Source: a virus (taxonomy: Duplodnaviria > Caudoviricetes). Taken from it: a DNA stretch of 64,000 bases. Position 1 is the stretch's first letter, and each line of letters opens with the position of its first letter. A model generated the notes under the pieces. The model did not search any database, was not told where the DNA came from, and worked only from the letters and a program-made list of their open reading frames with translations. The DNA lies in the IMG/VR virus record IMGVR_UViG_3300049846_001081; one strand, 5' to 3'. A program made the translations under genes and the position numbers. Of the stretch, positions 1 through 9,707 are shown one piece after another.

Positions 1-153
1 CAGGATTTGGAATTAATTCACTTGGCAGATAACGAAAGACGTTTTGAACCAGAAGATTTATACCAATCTTCCTATTATCTTATGATGGAAGAATGTCACC
101 CTCTTATGTTTGAAGTGGAACTGGAAAACCCAGAAATGTTACCTGTTGATTAA
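1..153 (+). CDS. 3' end of hypothetical protein (truncated by window edge)
   Basis: Open frame 1 from base 1 to TAA at 151-153 (QDLELIHLAD...EMLPVD*). Confidence 0.6.
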   Translation, partial: QDLELIHLADNERRFEPEDLYQSSYYLMMEECHPLMFEVELENPEMLPVD

Positions 154-154
154 T

Positions 155-227
155 GCCCTTGTAGCTCAGATGGTAGAGCACCGCTTTTGTAAAGCGGTTG
201 TCGCAAGTTCAAGTCTTGTCGGGGGCT
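155..227 (+). tRNA. trnT: tRNA-Thr (anticodon UGU), no encoded CCA
   Basis: Cloverleaf: acceptor GCCCTTG/CGGGGGC, D-stem GCTC/GAGC, anticodon arm CCGCT-TTTGTAA-AGCGG, T-arm GCAAG-TTCAAGT-CTTGT. Confidence 0.95.
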
Positions 228-249
228 CTTGAGTTCTATAAAACTCCAA

Positions 250-444
250 ATGTCATTAATTTCACAAAGAGATAGGCAACTTGCCATTGAAGCATTAGAA
301 TATTACCGTGATGATGCTTTAAGAAAAGAAGAAGCATTTAAAGAACTTGGTGTAACTGATGTTCAACTCAATGATACTTTTATGATGGAACTGAATGCTC
401 TTATAAATTGGATTAAACTGGAACATTTCAAAAATGAAAATTAA
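250..444 (+). CDS. Hypothetical protein (64 aa)
   Basis: ORF track 229-444 uses a TTG; ATG at 250 is the more plausible start. Confidence 0.6.
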   Translation: MSLISQRDRQLAIEALEYYRDDALRKEEAFKELGVTDVQLNDTFMMELNALINWIKLEHFKNEN

Positions 445-607
445 TCTTTGGTATTGTAAGGATATGAATCAATGGCGTTGGACTCTTACTGATGATGTAA
501 GACCTGTTGTTAGGCAAGAATCAGGACAACAACCAAATCTTCGTGATGCTATGAATGATGTAGCGAATACTGTAGAATATATGTTAGAATGCAAACAAAG
601 TGAGTAA
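434..607 (+). CDS. Small hypothetical protein (57 aa)
   Basis: Manual translation MKINLWYCKDMNQWRWTLTD...ECKQSE*; overlaps the upstream ORF end and fills the gap before the next gene. Confidence 0.6.
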   Translation: MKINLWYCKDMNQWRWTLTDDVRPVVRQESGQQPNLRDAMNDVANTVEYMLECKQSE

Positions 608-616
608 AAATACTTA

Positions 617-1240
617 ATGAAATCGGATTTTTACATAGATAGGGTAGGTAAAGAAGAAATCAAAGAACTTCTTTATACCTATCATTATCTTAAAGACGAA
701 TCTAAAGATTTTAAATCTGGTTTCAATTATGGACTTTACCGCAACTCATTCACAGACATCCTTAATATTGGCGGGTGTCTTGGTGCTTGCATTTTTACTG
801 GTCTCCCAGTTCCAGAGATTGCAGTAGGGGCATTTGGTTTACAGAGAAATCAGCAAGAAGGAATATACGAATTATCACGTCTCTGTATTCACCCCGATTT
901 GCAAAAAGAGGAATATAATATCACATCTTGGTTTGTTAGTCGTTGCATTAGGAGGTTTAGGAAAGATGCCACAGTTCGTGCTATTCTTAGTTACGCTGAC
1001 TCTGATCACCACACTGGAACTATATACAGAGCTTGCAATTTTCAATACTACGGTCTGACAGATCCCAAAAAAGATTTTTACTATGCTGACGGCACAAAAC
1101 ATTCTAGGGGTAGCATTAGAGGTGTTGATGGTGAGTGGAGGGATCGCTCTCGTAAACATCGGTATCTTATGGTGTTTGATAAAGAACTCAAAAAACGCTT
1201 GACATGGAAAGAGGAGAAGTGGTATAATAATCAGGTGTGA
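617..1240 (+). CDS. Mom-like (GNAT-fold) DNA adenine-modification protein
   Basis: Motifs YELSRLC, ILSYAD and GTIYRACNFQYYG match the Mu Mom family pattern (ELxRL, SYAD, GxIYxAxNxxYxG). Confidence 0.7.
   Translation: MKSDFYIDRVGKEEIKELLYTYHYLKDESKDFKSGFNYGLYRNSFTDILNIGGCLGACIFTGLPVPEIAVGAFGLQRNQQEGIYELSRLCIHPDLQKEEYNITSWFVSRCIRRFRKDATVRAILSYADSDHHTGTIYRACNFQYYGLTDPKKDFYYADGTKHSRGSIRGVDGEWRDRSRKHRYLMVFDKELKKRLTWKEEKWYNNQV
1199..1228 (+). promoter_or_regulatory. Sigma70-like promoter inside the 3' end of the Mom-like gene
   Basis: TTGACA (1199-1204), 18-nt spacer, TATAAT (1223-1228) with extended -10 TG at 1220-1221. Confidence 0.7.
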
Positions 1241-1252
1241 AGGAAGTGCATT

Positions 1253-1284
1253 AAGAGGAGATCCTTATGGGTCTCCTCTTTTTT
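1253..1284 (+). terminator. Rho-independent terminator
   Basis: Stem AAGAGGAGATCC / GGGTCTCCTCTT (one G-U), TTAT loop, followed by a T run. Confidence 0.85.
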
Positions 1285-1290
1285 CGTATG

Positions 1291-1297
1291 ATAAATA
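1291..1297 (+). promoter_or_regulatory. T4-like late promoter
   Basis: ATAAATA just downstream of the terminator and 31 nt before the giant structural gene. Confidence 0.7.
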
Positions 1298-1328
1298 ATC
1301 CATAACGGAAACTATAAGCACTAATAAA

Positions 1329-4300
1329 ATGGGTCTCTCTCGTTTAGACAATTTTCTGAAGTCAGTTCGCGGTACAATAATTTACGTTGATCCTAGTTCT
1401 CTTGATTCAACAGACAGTATTGAAAATCAAGGAAACTCATTAACACGCCCATTTAAAACCATACAACGTGCTCTGATAGAAGCATCAAGATTTTCATATC
1501 AGCGCGGATTAAACAATGATAGATTTGGCAAAACAACAATTCTTCTATATCCGGGAGATCATATTGTAGATAACCGCCCAGGATGGATTCCTGATGGATC
1601 AAATAACTTTAAATTGAGAGATGGAACTACTTCAAATGATTTTCCACCTTTTGATTTAACAACTAATTTTGATTTAACCGTATCAAATAATGCTCTTTAC
1701 AAACTGAATAGTATTCATGGTGGAGTAATTGTTCCTCGTGGTACTTCAATCGTTGGATTAGACCTTCGTAAAACAAAAATTCGTCCAAAGTATGTACCAG
1801 ATCCAACAAATGATAATATCCAAAGATCTGCTATTTTCCGTGTAACTGGTGGGTGCTACTTCTGGCAGTTCTCTCTATTTGATGCTGATCCAAACGGTCA
1901 GTGTTATATTGATTATACTTCTAACTTATTTGTCCCTAATTTTTCTCATCACAAATTAACGTGCTTTGAATATGCAGACGGCACAAATGACGTAAATATT
2001 GTTGATCCTTTTATTGGATCATACTCAACAGATCGTACAGATCTTGATATGTATTATGAGAAGGTTGGTCTTGCTTATGGACAATCTTCAGGTCGTCCTA
2101 TTGAACCTGATTATCCAAGTTCTGGTCTAGATATTCAATCAAAAATTGATGAATATCGTATTGTTGGACCAACTGGTGGTGAAGTTGGGATTACAAGCAT
2201 TAAATCTGGTGATGGTATAACCGCAACCACATCAATCACCGTTACCACTGCATCCACTGTATCAGGATTGGATGTTGATACTGCATTTAGAATTCGTAAT
2301 GTTTCTGAATCTGCTTATAATGGTCAGTTTGTTGTTACTGAAAGAATAGATGATACTAACTTTAAATATCAAGTACAGAATTCACCATCTATCGCTCTTC
2401 CCAGCGTAACAAGTGCATCATTGACTTTATCTTCGGATACTGTTACTTCAGCATCTCCATATATCTTTAACATCTCTCTACGTTCTGTGTATGGAATGTG
2501 TGGTGTTCTTGCTGACGGTGATAAGGCAAGTGGATTTAAGTCAATGGTTATTGCCCAATTTACGGGTATTGGACTACAAAAAGATGATAAAGCTTTTGTT
2601 GTGTATAACTCAACAACTGGTGTTTATGATGATAACACACAATCTGGAAATGAAACGATAAGCACAAATTCAAGAGCAATCTTTAAACCCTCTTATCGCA
2701 ATTTCCACATTAAAACAATCAATGAAGCGTTCATTCAAAACGTTTCTATCTTTGCAATTGGATATGCAGAACATTTCTCTACCGAAAGTGGCGGTGACCA
2801 GTCTGTTACAAACTCCAACTCCAATTTTGGTGCAAAAGCACTTGTTGCGTCAGGATTTAGGAAAAATGCATTCCCTCAAGATGATCTGGGATATATTACT
2901 CATATTATTCCACCTAAAGAATTACCACTTACGGAAACTGCACTTGAATTTAATGCAATTGATGTAAACAAAACGGTTGGTGTTGCTTCTACCGCACATC
3001 TATATCTTTATGCTCAAACAAATATAGATGTTCCACCAGAAAATGTGTTAGATGGATATAGAATTGGTGCAAGAGAAAATGATGCGCTTAAAGTTCTTGT
3101 TTCTTCTGGTGGATCTGTAACAGAGTACAGTGCTCGTATTGTAATGCCTGGATCTCAATCCAGTTCTGAAAAGAAATTTACTGTAGCGCGTGTTGGAACA
3201 GCAAACAGTGTTACTGATAACAATACTTTAAATTTAACTAATAATCACACATTCTTTAACGGAGAGTCTGTAAGAGTTGTTAGTGATGATGGACAACTTC
3301 CTGATGGATTAGTATCAAATACTGTCTATTATGCGATTACATCAACGGTTGATGTTGGGTTAAGTGCAAATCAACTCAAACTTGCAAAAACAGAAACAGA
3401 TTCAACCGTTGCAACAAATGCAATTACGTTCAACAACAAAGGTGGTGTTTTATCTGTAGTCAGTAGAGTTTCTGATAAAAACTCTGGAGATATTGGACAT
3501 CCTATACAATTTGATAGTACAAATAATCAATGGTATGTTAAGGTTGCAACTGCTACCACGGAAAATTCTATCTATCCTACAATTGTTGGTCTTGGATCAA
3601 CTTCTCTTGGCGAAGCAACAACAAGAACTTATATTAAGCGTAAACAAGATAATCGCACATCCATTGATACACTTTATCGCATAAGATATGTAATTCCAAA
3701 GAGCACTGGAGCAACTGTTGCAAGACCACCAAGCGACGCATTTATTATTCAGGAGTCTAATACATCAATTGGCGCAACTGATGCCGAAATCCAAACTTAT
3801 TTTGGAAGTGGAACTTTAGGTAATGTCAATCAACAGAGAAACTTTAGATTTGTTGCAAATGCTGAATGGACGGCAAATACTGCAAAAATTACAACAGAAC
3901 TTCCACACAATTTAATCGTTGGATCCCAGGTTGAACTTGTAAACATTAAGAGTACAAATAACCTTACTGGTATCGCAAATACAGGATTTAACAGAACTTA
4001 TACTGTTAGTGGAATTAGTAGTGCAAAACAATTTAGTGTTGGATTATCAACTGATCCAGGAACTTTTACAAGTGATACTTCCGCAAGAACAACTGCTCTA
4101 CCATACTTTAAGAGAAAGCAGTACAAAGACACGTATTATGTTTATAGAACTCAAGAAGCACAAAAGTATGTTGCTGGACAACAAGACGGCATTTATTATG
4201 TAACCATACTAAATGCATCTAATAGTCCGACTGTTGCTCCATTTACTGATGAGAAATTCTCTCAACCAGTTAAAGAACTTTATCCTCAAATTAATCGTGA

Positions 4301-7196
4301 TAATCCAGAATCAGATCCTGATGAAACAAGAAGTGCTGCTTCATCCTCACTTATCGGTGAAGTTGTAGTTAATGATGTTCGTAACAGTATTACAAAGGAA
4401 ACGATTACAAAGTTCTTAAGAGACTCTGATGTTGGTGTTGGTATTACAGACATTTTCTCAAGCGATACTGGAATTGCTCACACAATCTTTACAAGTATTG
4501 ATCATGGACTGAATAGAATTGTAAGAGTTAGCATTACAAATGCTGGTGCAGGATACACTGGAACTGCAGGTAGTAGCACTTACAATGCAAGCTTAGTAGG
4601 ATTTGCTGGATCAACCACCGGTCAACATGCAACAGCCAAGATTACTGTTGATGCATCAGGTTCTATCACTGATGTCAAGATCATGGACGGTGGTTCTGCA
4701 TATGGAATTGGTAACACTCTTGCAGTTGTTGGTGTTGCCACTTATGCACCATTTACACAAGCGGTCGTTACTGTAGCAGATGTTTATGATAACGTTGGAG
4801 ATACTGTAAGAATTTCTGGTGTTTCTTCTGAGACAAATGCTACCTACAACAATGTTTACAGAATTACTGATATTCAAGTAGGTGCTGCAAAGAGTTTCTC
4901 TGTTACTTCAACCAGTGCTGTTGGATCTGGAGTTGTATCTGGTGTTGGTGTAACCAATACTGCAAATGCATTTGTATATCTAACTGGAGAAGCAATTCGT
5001 ATCAGTTCCCTTGTCTATAATAACATAACAGGAATTGCTACTGTAACTTCAGTCAATAATCATGGACTTAAAGTAGATAGCAAAGTTCGTGTCGTTGGTG
5101 CGAATGAAAGTCTATACAATGGAGATTTCGTAGTAACTGAAAATGTAAGTAATACTTCCTTTAAGATCAACGTTGGTGCTTCTGCAAATGCACCAACAGC
5201 AACAGGAACTTTATTTGCATATCGTGAAGGTATTACCTCTAATGATGGTGTAATTACTGTAGATAATGAAAACTTAAATGGTAGAATGAATACCATTTAT
5301 GCTGGAATTACCACCACACTTTCAACTCCAGTTATTAATGCTACAACTGATCAAATCAATGTCACTTCACCAATTAATCTTGATCTCAATATTGGTGACT
5401 ATTTGATGATTGATGATGAAATCATGAGAATTAAAACAACAACTGCCACCAGCAGTGTAACTGGTGTTACTAACCCAATTACTGTTTTCCGTGGTGTTTT
5501 TGGAAGTAAAGCAACAACTCATTCTGCTGGAGCAGTTGTTAGAAGAATTCAAATTAAACCAATTGAATTAAGAAGACATTCCATCATTCGTGCATCAGGT
5601 CATACGTTTGAATATGTTGGATTTGGTCCTGGTAATTATTCAACTGCATTCCCAGACAAGCAAGATCGTCAGATCTCTGCACAAGAAGAACTTCTTTCAC
5701 AATCAACAAGAAAGAATGGTGGTATTAACTTCTACACTGGAATGAATGACCGTGGTATTTCATACTCCGGTAATAAAAAGATGAGTTCCATTACTGGATT
5801 AGAAGAAATCTTTGATACTCCAATTCAAACGATTACTGGTGAAGACATTGGAACTCAACAAGGGTTAAATGTAATTAACCCAACTGAAGGATCTTTTGTA
5901 CGTTCAATTCGTGTTGAAGGTGGTTCTGATGGCAAAGCTACATCTGAGTTTAATGGACCAGTAATCTTTAGTAACAAAATAACTTCTACCTCAACAAAGG
6001 GTGTTGAAGCATTCTCACTATTCTTGCAAGGTGACTCAACTGTTTCTAGAAAGTATACAGTTGGCATTGCAACACCAGCTCTTGCAGGAAACCCAGGAGA
6101 TATCATTTATCTTGATAACCCAAGTAAAGGTGGATATGTTGGATGGATTTATACAACCGATAATGATTGGTATCGCTTTGGTGCTATTAGTCTTTCTAAG
6201 ACACTCAACATCGGACTTTTTGACCAAGTTGGAATTGCAACAACTTCTCCAGGAAATTCAAAACTTCTGGTTGGTTCTGGATCCACTCAATTCTCTGTTG
6301 ATGGAAATGGTGGTGTTGGTATTGGAACTACCGCAAACAATTATGCATTACACGTTATTGGTGGAACAAATATTGTTGGAACAGTAACTGCAACTTCATT
6401 CTCGGGTGATGGTAGTTTACTTGTAAACCTAAATGCAAGTGCTACTGGATGGACAAATATTACTGGTGGAATTTACAATACAAATCTAAACAATGTAGGT
6501 ATTGGCACATCTGTTCCAAGATTTAATCTTGAACTTGGTAATGTTGGAACTTCATCAACATCATTGTACGTTAATGGAGAAGCAAAGTTTGTTGGAATTA
6601 TTACTACAAATCACTTATTTGTCAGTGGTATTACAACTATAGTTGGAAATTATAGTATACAAAATTCTTCTGGTAGAATTACTGCTGGTATTATCACATC
6701 TTCTACTTTAGTTGTTGGTACATCTGGTACAACAATTACTACAAGTGGTCCTTCCGTTGGTATTGGAACTACAGTACCAAGAGCAAAATTAGATATTGAA
6801 GGTCATACAAGATTAAAGACATATTCTGAAAATGTTGAGTATCTTTCCATTGCTTCTAATATTGTAATTGTTGATCTTTCTAAAGCACAATCATTCATTT
6901 GTACAGCAACAAGTGACATTAATGAATTCACTTTGATAAATGCGCCTTCTGGATCAACACAGTTTACAATTAGAATTGATCAAGATACAACAGGTGGAAG
7001 AACTGTTGGTATTGATACATTTAAAACTGCTGGTGGTGTAACGATTCCAGTTTATTGGCCTGGTGGAGGAGTTCTTCCAATTATAACTCCAACCGCAAGT
7101 AGATCTGATATTTACACATTCAAAACATTTGATGGTACAAACATTACGAGTTCTGGATTGTATGGAATAGTTGTGGGTCAAAACTTTGCTAACTGA
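1329..7196 (+). CDS. Giant virion structural / tail fibre-like protein (1955 aa)
   Basis: N-terminal YVDP...RPFKTIQRAL motif typical of beta-helix proteins; repeated HGL..V.V.G..YNG.F.V modules; GIGTT fibre repeats; Thr/Gly/Ser rich; late promoter upstream. Confidence 0.75.
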   Translation: MGLSRLDNFLKSVRGTIIYVDPSSLDSTDSIENQGNSLTRPFKTIQRALIEASRFSYQRGLNNDRFGKTTILLYPGDHIVDNRPGWIPDGSNNFKLRDGTTSNDFPPFDLTTNFDLTVSNNALYKLNSIHGGVIVPRGTSIVGLDLRKTKIRPKYVPDPTNDNIQRSAIFRVTGGCYFWQFSLFDADPNGQCYIDYTSNLFVPNFSHHKLTCFEYADGTNDVNIVDPFIGSYSTDRTDLDMYYEKVGLAYGQSSGRPIEPDYPSSGLDIQSKIDEYRIVGPTGGEVGITSIKSGDGITATTSITVTTASTVSGLDVDTAFRIRNVSESAYNGQFVVTERIDDTNFKYQVQNSPSIALPSVTSASLTLSSDTVTSASPYIFNISLRSVYGMCGVLADGDKASGFKSMVIAQFTGIGLQKDDKAFVVYNSTTGVYDDNTQSGNETISTNSRAIFKPSYRNFHIKTINEAFIQNVSIFAIGYAEHFSTESGGDQSVTNSNSNFGAKALVASGFRKNAFPQDDLGYITHIIPPKELPLTETALEFNAIDVNKTVGVASTAHLYLYAQTNIDVPPENVLDGYRIGARENDALKVLVSSGGSVTEYSARIVMPGSQSSSEKKFTVARVGTANSVTDNNTLNLTNNHTFFNGESVRVVSDDGQLPDGLVSNTVYYAITSTVDVGLSANQLKLAKTETDSTVATNAITFNNKGGVLSVVSRVSDKNSGDIGHPIQFDSTNNQWYVKVATATTENSIYPTIVGLGSTSLGEATTRTYIKRKQDNRTSIDTLYRIRYVIPKSTGATVARPPSDAFIIQESNTSIGATDAEIQTYFGSGTLGNVNQQRNFRFVANAEWTANTAKITTELPHNLIVGSQVELVNIKSTNNLTGIANTGFNRTYTVSGISSAKQFSVGLSTDPGTFTSDTSARTTALPYFKRKQYKDTYYVYRTQEAQKYVAGQQDGIYYVTILNASNSPTVAPFTDEKFSQPVKELYPQINRDNPESDPDETRSAASSSLIGEVVVNDVRNSITKETITKFLRDSDVGVGITDIFSSDTGIAHTIFTSIDHGLNRIVRVSITNAGAGYTGTAGSSTYNASLVGFAGSTTGQHATAKITVDASGSITDVKIMDGGSAYGIGNTLAVVGVATYAPFTQAVVTVADVYDNVGDTVRISGVSSETNATYNNVYRITDIQVGAAKSFSVTSTSAVGSGVVSGVGVTNTANAFVYLTGEAIRISSLVYNNITGIATVTSVNNHGLKVDSKVRVVGANESLYNGDFVVTENVSNTSFKINVGASANAPTATGTLFAYREGITSNDGVITVDNENLNGRMNTIYAGITTTLSTPVINATTDQINVTSPINLDLNIGDYLMIDDEIMRIKTTTATSSVTGVTNPITVFRGVFGSKATTHSAGAVVRRIQIKPIELRRHSIIRASGHTFEYVGFGPGNYSTAFPDKQDRQISAQEELLSQSTRKNGGINFYTGMNDRGISYSGNKKMSSITGLEEIFDTPIQTITGEDIGTQQGLNVINPTEGSFVRSIRVEGGSDGKATSEFNGPVIFSNKITSTSTKGVEAFSLFLQGDSTVSRKYTVGIATPALAGNPGDIIYLDNPSKGGYVGWIYTTDNDWYRFGAISLSKTLNIGLFDQVGIATTSPGNSKLLVGSGSTQFSVDGNGGVGIGTTANNYALHVIGGTNIVGTVTATSFSGDGSLLVNLNASATGWTNITGGIYNTNLNNVGIGTSVPRFNLELGNVGTSSTSLYVNGEAKFVGIITTNHLFVSGITTIVGNYSIQNSSGRITAGIITSSTLVVGTSGTTITTSGPSVGIGTTVPRAKLDIEGHTRLKTYSENVEYLSIASNIVIVDLSKAQSFICTATSDINEFTLINAPSGSTQFTIRIDQDTTGGRTVGIDTFKTAGGVTIPVYWPGGGVLPIITPTASRSDIYTFKTFDGTNITSSGLYGIVVGQNFAN

Positions 7197-7207
7197 GGTA
7201 AAGTAAA

Positions 7208-9673
7208 ATGAAACAAACTACACTGGATCTTAACGGACCAATTCTTTCTTTCGTAACTAATCCAGTTGGAGTTGCTTCAACTGGTGTGACTTCTGGAACG
7301 GGAAGTGGAATTGTCACTTTTACTGGTATCGCGACGGCAACATTTCCAACACAAACACCAGAAAATCCAGCTTCAAATACAGGTATCATTACTTATCGTT
7401 GGTATGAAGTTGGAGTTGGTGCGTTATCTGATAATGAATATGTAACTGGAACCGCAACCACATCATTAACATTGTCTAGATTAATCACTCCAAATGATCA
7501 CAATCGCCAATTTTATTTGACGGCAGACTACATCCCATCTGCTTATCAATCATCAACTCCCGTAACTGCTGGAACAGCACGTTCAACCGGAAATGCTATT
7601 AATGAACCAGTTAGTTCTGGTATTGGCACAGTTACGGTTTACCCACTTTTAGAAATTGTCGCGGAACCAACTGATAAACAAGCGGCGAGAAATGGATGTG
7701 TTACTTTTACTGTTGATGCTGGTCTTACTGATTCAAGATTTGGTGATGTTAGTTATCAATGGTATGTTAATGGAAATGCCGTAGATGATGGTGTAGTTAC
7801 AGAAACTACAACTACATCAACAACAACCGTTGGTTTTCAAAGTTATACCTTCACAAGTGATGGCAATATCACTTTACCATCTGATGCTACAAGTGTTGAA
7901 CTTACTGTTGCTGGAGCTTCTGGAGGTAGAGGTGGTAATGATTCTGGAGGATCAGGAAATGCTGGCGCTTTAGGTAGAATTGGAAGACATTATTATTCTA
8001 GTGGAGCAAGAACTCTAACTTTTAGAATTGGTAGAAAGGGAAATGATGGAACCACTGGTAATCAAAATGCTGGAGGTGCTGGTGGGGCAAGTAGTTATGC
8101 TAGAGGAGGAGATGGTGGTGGAGCTGGACCAAATGGATCCTCTGGTGGTGGAGGTGGTGGTGGTGGAGCCACTGCAGTCTATGATTCGGTAAAGGGTGGA
8201 TATACCATTGTCGCAGCTGGCGGTGCTGGTGGCGGTGGTGGTTCTTTAAATGCTTCTGCTAATACTTACATTGGTGTTTTGGGAACAGGTGGTGGTCTTG
8301 GATTTGGTAGAGCAAGAGCTGCTATGGAAGGTGGATATGATTCACCCAAACCAGGAACTCCTGGGGGAACTGCTTCTAATGACGGTGGGGGCGGTGGCGG
8401 AGGAGGCGCTGGTGCTCAACCAAGTAATTTCTCTCCTCATGCTGAGGGAGGACCTGCCGGACAGGATAATGTTTCTGGTGGTCAAGGTGGAGCTGGTGGT
8501 GCTAGTGGTCATGATAGTAGATATGCTACATTTTACTATAATGGATATGGAATTGATGGTGATGGATACGTAAGTATTAGTTTTAATGGAACTGCATCTG
8601 TTCCAACTACAACAACTAGAAAAACTACAGTCACTGGATCAAAAACACCATCGTTAACACTATGCTCTGATACTGTTGGTGTACAAACTGTTTTTGTAAG
8701 AATATCAAATCCACTAGCAGTGAATAGTCCGTTAGATTCTATTATCGTTGACTTTGCAACTTTATCAACGGCAATTCAATACAAGGTTCAAGTTGAAGCA
8801 ATTGGGATAACAAATAATGCTACTGTGTCAAACATTGATTTATTTAATGGTGAATATACTTTCTCTAAGACATCTCAAGATGTTGAAAATCCAGAGAGGT
8901 CAATTAATTACTATAGTTTTTACTCTCCAGACAAAGATATAACTGTTGAGATGGATTTGTATGGAGGAAAAGGATCTAATAATGGAATCTATGTTGGTGG
9001 AGAAGGCGGATTTTCAAGGATTAGATTTACTATGCAAAGAAATGTTGAATATGTAATCTCTGGTCTGAATGATGAAGTTAATGCACCTTTCCTTTATAGA
9101 AAAGGTCAATTAATTGCTTGTGTTGGTGGAGGTGGTAATGCGGGAAGTATAGGCAATGGTGGTTTTGGTGGTGGAATAGGGATATCAGGTCAGAATGGAT
9201 TTGGTAGGGGTGGTGGAAATGGTGGAATTTCTTATGCTTCTGGAACATTGCCATCAGATGGTGTTTATGGATCATTAACTACACTAGAGTCTGAAAGTCC
9301 AGATACAAATGCATCATCTCCAGACGGTGGTAGAGTTATTCCTTGTGCAAGAGGAGTTTACTGGAGAAACGAAGGATTCACTGCATGTCAAGATGTAGGA
9401 ACTTCTCAGTTTATATTGGATGATGGTACTGTAGTTGCTAATACTGGTTCAGTTACTAGAGGATTTAAGGCTGGTTACGACATAACTCAAACTGCAGGAT
9501 CTGCAATTGGTAATGGTGGTAATGGTGGATCTGGAGCAACTGGTGGTGATGGTGGTGATAATGCAGGTGGTGGTGGAGGTAGCGGATACACTGATGGATC
9601 TGTAACTTTGGTAAATTCAACTTTAGGTGGTAGCACTGGAAATGCTAGAGTTATTATGCGAGTAGTAAGTTAA
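7208..9673 (+). CDS. Structural protein with Ig-like domains and two glycine-rich domains (821 aa)
   Basis: Ig-type TYRWY/SYQWY strands; two long GGxG-rich segments resembling polyglycine-II adhesin domains. Confidence 0.65.
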   Translation: MKQTTLDLNGPILSFVTNPVGVASTGVTSGTGSGIVTFTGIATATFPTQTPENPASNTGIITYRWYEVGVGALSDNEYVTGTATTSLTLSRLITPNDHNRQFYLTADYIPSAYQSSTPVTAGTARSTGNAINEPVSSGIGTVTVYPLLEIVAEPTDKQAARNGCVTFTVDAGLTDSRFGDVSYQWYVNGNAVDDGVVTETTTTSTTTVGFQSYTFTSDGNITLPSDATSVELTVAGASGGRGGNDSGGSGNAGALGRIGRHYYSSGARTLTFRIGRKGNDGTTGNQNAGGAGGASSYARGGDGGGAGPNGSSGGGGGGGGATAVYDSVKGGYTIVAAGGAGGGGGSLNASANTYIGVLGTGGGLGFGRARAAMEGGYDSPKPGTPGGTASNDGGGGGGGGAGAQPSNFSPHAEGGPAGQDNVSGGQGGAGGASGHDSRYATFYYNGYGIDGDGYVSISFNGTASVPTTTTRKTTVTGSKTPSLTLCSDTVGVQTVFVRISNPLAVNSPLDSIIVDFATLSTAIQYKVQVEAIGITNNATVSNIDLFNGEYTFSKTSQDVENPERSINYYSFYSPDKDITVEMDLYGGKGSNNGIYVGGEGGFSRIRFTMQRNVEYVISGLNDEVNAPFLYRKGQLIACVGGGGNAGSIGNGGFGGGIGISGQNGFGRGGGNGGISYASGTLPSDGVYGSLTTLESESPDTNASSPDGGRVIPCARGVYWRNEGFTACQDVGTSQFILDDGTVVANTGSVTRGFKAGYDITQTAGSAIGNGGNGGSGATGGDGGDNAGGGGGSGYTDGSVTLVNSTLGGSTGNARVIMRVVS

Positions 9674-9680
9674 CTAAATA
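9674..9680 (+). promoter_or_regulatory. Late promoter (CTAAATA variant)
   Basis: CTAAATA immediately after the stop codon, upstream of the fibre gene. Confidence 0.5.
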
Positions 9681-9707
9681 CTTAAAATTCAACGGGGACA
9701 GTGAACC

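Noticed and set aside
229-249. TTG start for the first full ORF
   Set aside because: It begins 2 nt after the tRNA 3' end with no room for an RBS; ATG at 250 is more plausible.
834-7181. Short alternative-frame and antisense ORFs inside the Mom-like and 1955-aa genes
   Set aside because: Nested within long ORFs with coherent motifs; 60-130 aa lengths are expected by chance.
7900-9620. Collagen-like repeats as substrate for the lysyl/prolyl hydroxylases
   Set aside because: The Gly-rich segments are GGxG/polyglycine type, not Gly-X-Y triplets.
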